NCBI GenBank assembly: GCA_044225365.1
Contig: JBGAIQ010000052.1
Span: 1-37,106, forward strand
Reading direction: 5' to 3'
Origin: Planctomycetota bacterium
GTDB taxonomy: Bacteria; Planctomycetota; B15-G4; JADJEK01
DNA: 37,106 nt
The notes under the pieces: model-generated
The model's input: only the letters and a program-made list of their open reading frames with translations
Database searches by the model: none
Told to the model about the DNA's origin: nothing
In this document: one piece after another, positions 34,011-37,106 of the stretch
Layout: every line of letters begins with the position of its first letter
How positions within the stretch are numbered: position 1 is the first letter of the stretch
Translations under genes and position numbers: made by a program

Positions 34011-36296
34011 TCAGTGCGCGACGGGCTGCCAGGACGCTCCGATCGATTGCGGGTCGAGCAGCTTCTGGCCGTCCACCTCGCAGTCGAGGTGGTTCGATCC
34101 GCGAACGATGTTCAGCGTCACCTTCGGCCGCGCGATCGCCGTTGCGAACGCGGCCTGCATCGCCTGCTGATCCTTGAACGGCTGACCGTCGAATCCGACG
34201 ATCACGTCCCCGCTCTGGATGCCGATCTTCCCGAGGTAGCCATCGGCCGTGAAGATGTTCACGCGCATGGCGTTCGGCTCCTTCGGAGTCAATGTCACCT
34301 GGAGTTGATCGGGCACGTTGATCGAGACGTTCGCGCTGAGGCTGCCCATGTCGTAGTCGATGCGATACTCCCCCGCCGCGAGGTTCTTGAACTCGGCTTT
34401 GCCGTCGTGGATCTGGGCGTTGTCGTAGATTTCGTTCCCGCTGAGATTGATCCATCCGGCCTGGTTCGCGCCGCCGCCTTCGATCGTGACGGAAACGGTG
34501 TAGAGCGCGGGGAGATTGATCGATGCCGAGTTGTCGCCGGTGACGATGGTGAGCTTCTGCGTGGCGACCGTCCTGCGGTTCCAGCGATTACCGGCGAGGG
34601 ACACGAGTTTCAGCACGTAATTACCGACCTCCGTCGGCCCGAAGTGCGCGGTGCCGTCGCCCTTCAGCTTGAGGTCGTTCGAGTAGAAGTAGTTGTCGTT
34701 CGTCGCATCCGCACGCTTCAGCTCGACGTCGACCTGGCCCTCCAATCCGCTGCCGAGATAACCCGCGACGGTGACGTCGAGTGAGCCGACTTCGCCGAAC
34801 TTCACGAGCGTCTGGGCGTCGGCGCGATTCAACGTGACGTTCTTCTCGCCGAAGCGATCCGAATGCACGGTCATCACAAGCGTCGAACCCGCCGAATCGC
34901 TCTTCTTCCACGCGGAGATGTTCTCGTCGGGAGGAACGAGATATTCACCCGGGGCGGCCACGATGGGCTGGATCCATCCGCTCGTTCCCATCTGTTCGCT
35001 GCGAAACATGTAGGTGAAGTTGGTGACGGTCACGGGTTCGTTCTTCGGACCGACGACCTTGATGGAGAGGAAGGACTTCTTGTCGAGATCGCGGAGGTCG
35101 ATCTCGCACTCGACGATGCCCTTCGTGAGCTCGATCATCTGGTGCTTCAGCACCGGCCCGTTCCAACTCGCGAGGATCGCAACGGCATACGTGCCCGCCG
35201 CGAGATCGAGGAACTCGAAGCGATTCTCGTTCTGCCCGAGCCAGTCCTTCGGCTCGCTCGACTCGAACTGCTTCGAGTCGACCGGCGCTCCCTTCGGCAC
35301 CTGGAGATACGTCGCGCACCCCTGTTCGAGCTCGATTCCGTCGCCGAAGTAAGCGATGCCGCGAATCCCGATGCGCGGTTCGAGGTGGAGCTCGAGCTGG
35401 GCGGGAGTCTCACCGGCCACGAAGTCGAGTCGGGTCTTCTTCGATGCGGCCTCGTCCTCGATGCCGTTCGCCGCGCGTTGTGCGCGAGTGACGATCGCGC
35501 GGATCTCGTGACTTCCGGGCGCGAGGCGGAGCACGGGGTCCTTCGCGGTCCAGAGAACGTTCTCGTAGGCGCGCGGTGAATCGCTCTGCACCGAGATGTT
35601 CACGCGCTGCGCAGCGCGACCGTCGGGCAGATAGACGGCGAGCGGGACCTCGATGACGGCGCGCCCCTCGAACTTCGCGGTGGCCCCAGGCTTCAGGTTC
35701 GCGACGGTTCCACGCGCTCGCACCACGTAGCCGTCGGCCGTGGCGCTCACGGTCCAATATCCATCGCCGAGCCCGTTGAGGGCGAAGTGTCCGTTCGCGT
35801 CGGACGTCGCCTCGACGCGGACGGCGTGCTGCTTCTGATATTCGTCGCGAGCGCGCTTCAATTCGTCGTCGAGCGATCGATCGCTCTGCACCCGGCCGAT
35901 TCGCGACTCCTGCGCCTCGTCGCGATCGACGGAGTAGGTCGCGCGCACGAGCGCGCCGGCGATCGCGACCCCCTTGTCGTCGAGGATGTCCCCCACGATC
36001 ACGCCATCCCCCGTCGGCCGCGAGAGCGGCGTGGAGACGACGTCGACCCGCGACGAGGGCGCCGCGGACTCCTCGCGTGCACTCGACGCCGCGGACTCCT
36101 TGTCGTCGCTCAGTGCGGGAGCATCGCCCCCGCTCGAACCCGCATCACGCGGACTCTCTCGATGCGACGCGCCTCGCGAGATCTCGTTCGTACCGTCGGA
36201 ATTCGAAGACGCCGACGGGAGCAGCACGGCCACGCCGAAACCGGCAACCGCCCCCAATACGAAGAGCCCAGCACCGAGAAGGACTGAATTCGCCAT
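34011..36296 (-). CDS. Membrane-anchored protein with carboxypeptidase-regulatory-like (transthyretin-like) repeats and C-terminal PDZ domain
   Basis: N-terminal TM and Ser-rich linker. GDILDDKGVAIAGALV and SDANGHFALNGL...VSATADGY match the carboxypeptidase-regulatory-like repeat. PDZ-like GIQSGDVIVGFDGQP...VTLNIVRG. Confidence 0.8.
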   Translation of the reverse strand: MANSVLLGAGLFVLGAVAGFGVAVLLPSASSNSDGTNEISRGASHRESPRDAGSSGGDAPALSDDKESAASSAREESAAPSSRVDVVSTPLSRPTGDGVIVGDILDDKGVAIAGALVRATYSVDRDEAQESRIGRVQSDRSLDDELKRARDEYQKQHAVRVEATSDANGHFALNGLGDGYWTVSATADGYVVRARGTVANLKPGATAKFEGRAVIEVPLAVYLPDGRAAQRVNISVQSDSPRAYENVLWTAKDPVLRLAPGSHEIRAIVTRAQRAANGIEDEAASKKTRLDFVAGETPAQLELHLEPRIGIRGIAYFGDGIELEQGCATYLQVPKGAPVDSKQFESSEPKDWLGQNENRFEFLDLAAGTYAVAILASWNGPVLKHQMIELTKGIVECEIDLRDLDKKSFLSIKVVGPKNEPVTVTNFTYMFRSEQMGTSGWIQPIVAAPGEYLVPPDENISAWKKSDSAGSTLVMTVHSDRFGEKNVTLNRADAQTLVKFGEVGSLDVTVAGYLGSGLEGQVDVELKRADATNDNYFYSNDLKLKGDGTAHFGPTEVGNYVLKLVSLAGNRWNRRTVATQKLTIVTGDNSASINLPALYTVSVTIEGGGANQAGWINLSGNEIYDNAQIHDGKAEFKNLAAGEYRIDYDMGSLSANVSINVPDQLQVTLTPKEPNAMRVNIFTADGYLGKIGIQSGDVIVGFDGQPFKDQQAMQAAFATAIARPKVTLNIVRGSNHLDCEVDGQKLLDPQSIGASWQPVAH

Positions 36297-36404
36297 CGCC
36301 GACTCCCGCTCGACTTCGACACCGTTCCATTGCGTCGGGCGGTCATCTTCGCGACCCGCGATCCCGTTGTCTGTAACAACTCGGAGGATTGCAGGTGGGC
36401 CGAT

Positions 36405-37106
36405 TCAGGCGAGGTACTCGTCCTTCTCGATCCGGTACTTCCGGATCCGGTACTGCAGGGTCTTGTAGGTGATCCCGACCAACTTGGCCGCCGGGCCCAG
36501 ACTGCCCCGACTGCGGCGCAGTGCCTGAACGATGAAGCGTCGTTCGAGATCTTCGAGACAGACACCCTCGTCGGGGAGGTCGAACGCACCCTCCGCGCCT
36601 TGCGCGGCCGGCTCCTCGTCCTTCGACTTGCCGGGTGAGGGTTCGGTCTTCGATCGGATCGCGGGCGGAAGATCGTCCATCGTGAGCGTGGTGCCGCGAG
36701 CGAGCACGACCATTCGCTCGACGCAGTTCTGGAGTTCGCGGACGTTGCCCGGCCACGAGTAGCTCTGGCAGCGATCGACGACCTCGGGCGCCACTTCGGT
36801 GACGTTGCGATGGAATCGCTCGCTCGCCTGCTTCAGGAAGTGATGGATGAGCAAGGGCACGTCGTCGTCCCGATCGCGGAGCGGCGGCAGAACGATCGGT
36901 ACGACGTTGAGCCGATAGAAGAGGTCCTCGCGAAACTGCTTGTTTTGGATCGCTTCTTCGAGATCCTCGCTCGTCGCTGCGAGGATCCGCACATCGACCG
37001 GCGTGGGCTTCGTCGCGCCGAGTCGCTGGATCTCGCGTTGTTGGATCGCGCGCAGCAGCTTGGCCTGGAGATCGAAGCGCATGGCGCCGATCTCGTCGAG
37101 GAAGAG
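36405..37106 (-). CDS. Sigma54-dependent (NtrC/AtoC family) transcriptional regulator, 5'-partial
   Basis: Frame is open to the window end (LFLDEIGAM). Motifs QAKLLR, FREDLFYRLNVV and WPGNVREL, with a Fis-type HTH AAKLVGITYKTLQYRI. Confidence 0.92.
   Translation of the reverse strand, partial: LFLDEIGAMRFDLQAKLLRAIQQREIQRLGATKPTPVDVRILAATSEDLEEAIQNKQFREDLFYRLNVVPIVLPPLRDRDDDVPLLIHHFLKQASERFHRNVTEVAPEVVDRCQSYSWPGNVRELQNCVERMVVLARGTTLTMDDLPPAIRSKTEPSPGKSKDEEPAAQGAEGAFDLPDEGVCLEDLERRFIVQALRRSRGSLGPAAKLVGITYKTLQYRIRKYRIEKDEYLA

Overview
High-GC bacterial window. The FG-GAP, SBBP and HEAT proteins and the short orphan secretin suggest an uncultured Planctomycetota-like organism, but that is inference only. 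From left to right it holds: a partial FG-GAP surface protein, an exported hypothetical protein, a ferredoxin, a pdp-punA-deoC nucleoside-salvage cluster and two lipoproteins. An 11-gene, translationally coupled operon (8260-18920) follows. It joins small-molecule/lipid-modifying enzymes (AtaL/SRPBCC protein, thioester-reductase-type SDR fused to SCP2, class III aminotransferase, EhpF-like adenylating enzyme, alpha/beta hydrolase) to a 5-heme cytochrome c lipoprotein, an FdnI-like cytochrome b and a 19-heme cytochrome c. Convergent with it are an orphan secretin and a mini-Skp-like lipoprotein, preceded by a candidate sigma54 promoter and TGGCGGAAT repeats. These sit directly downstream of a ~1960-aa membrane-bound sigma54 activator (CBM9-like, 5 TM, HAMP, GAF, degenerate GGDEF, AAA+, winged HTH). 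The right end has more secreted proteins, an SBBP-repeat gene broken by two frameshifts that both fall in simple sequence repeats, a PDZ protein and a partial NtrC-family regulator. I saw no rRNA, tRNA, CRISPR array or transposase. All family calls come from motif recognition by eye, not from database searches.
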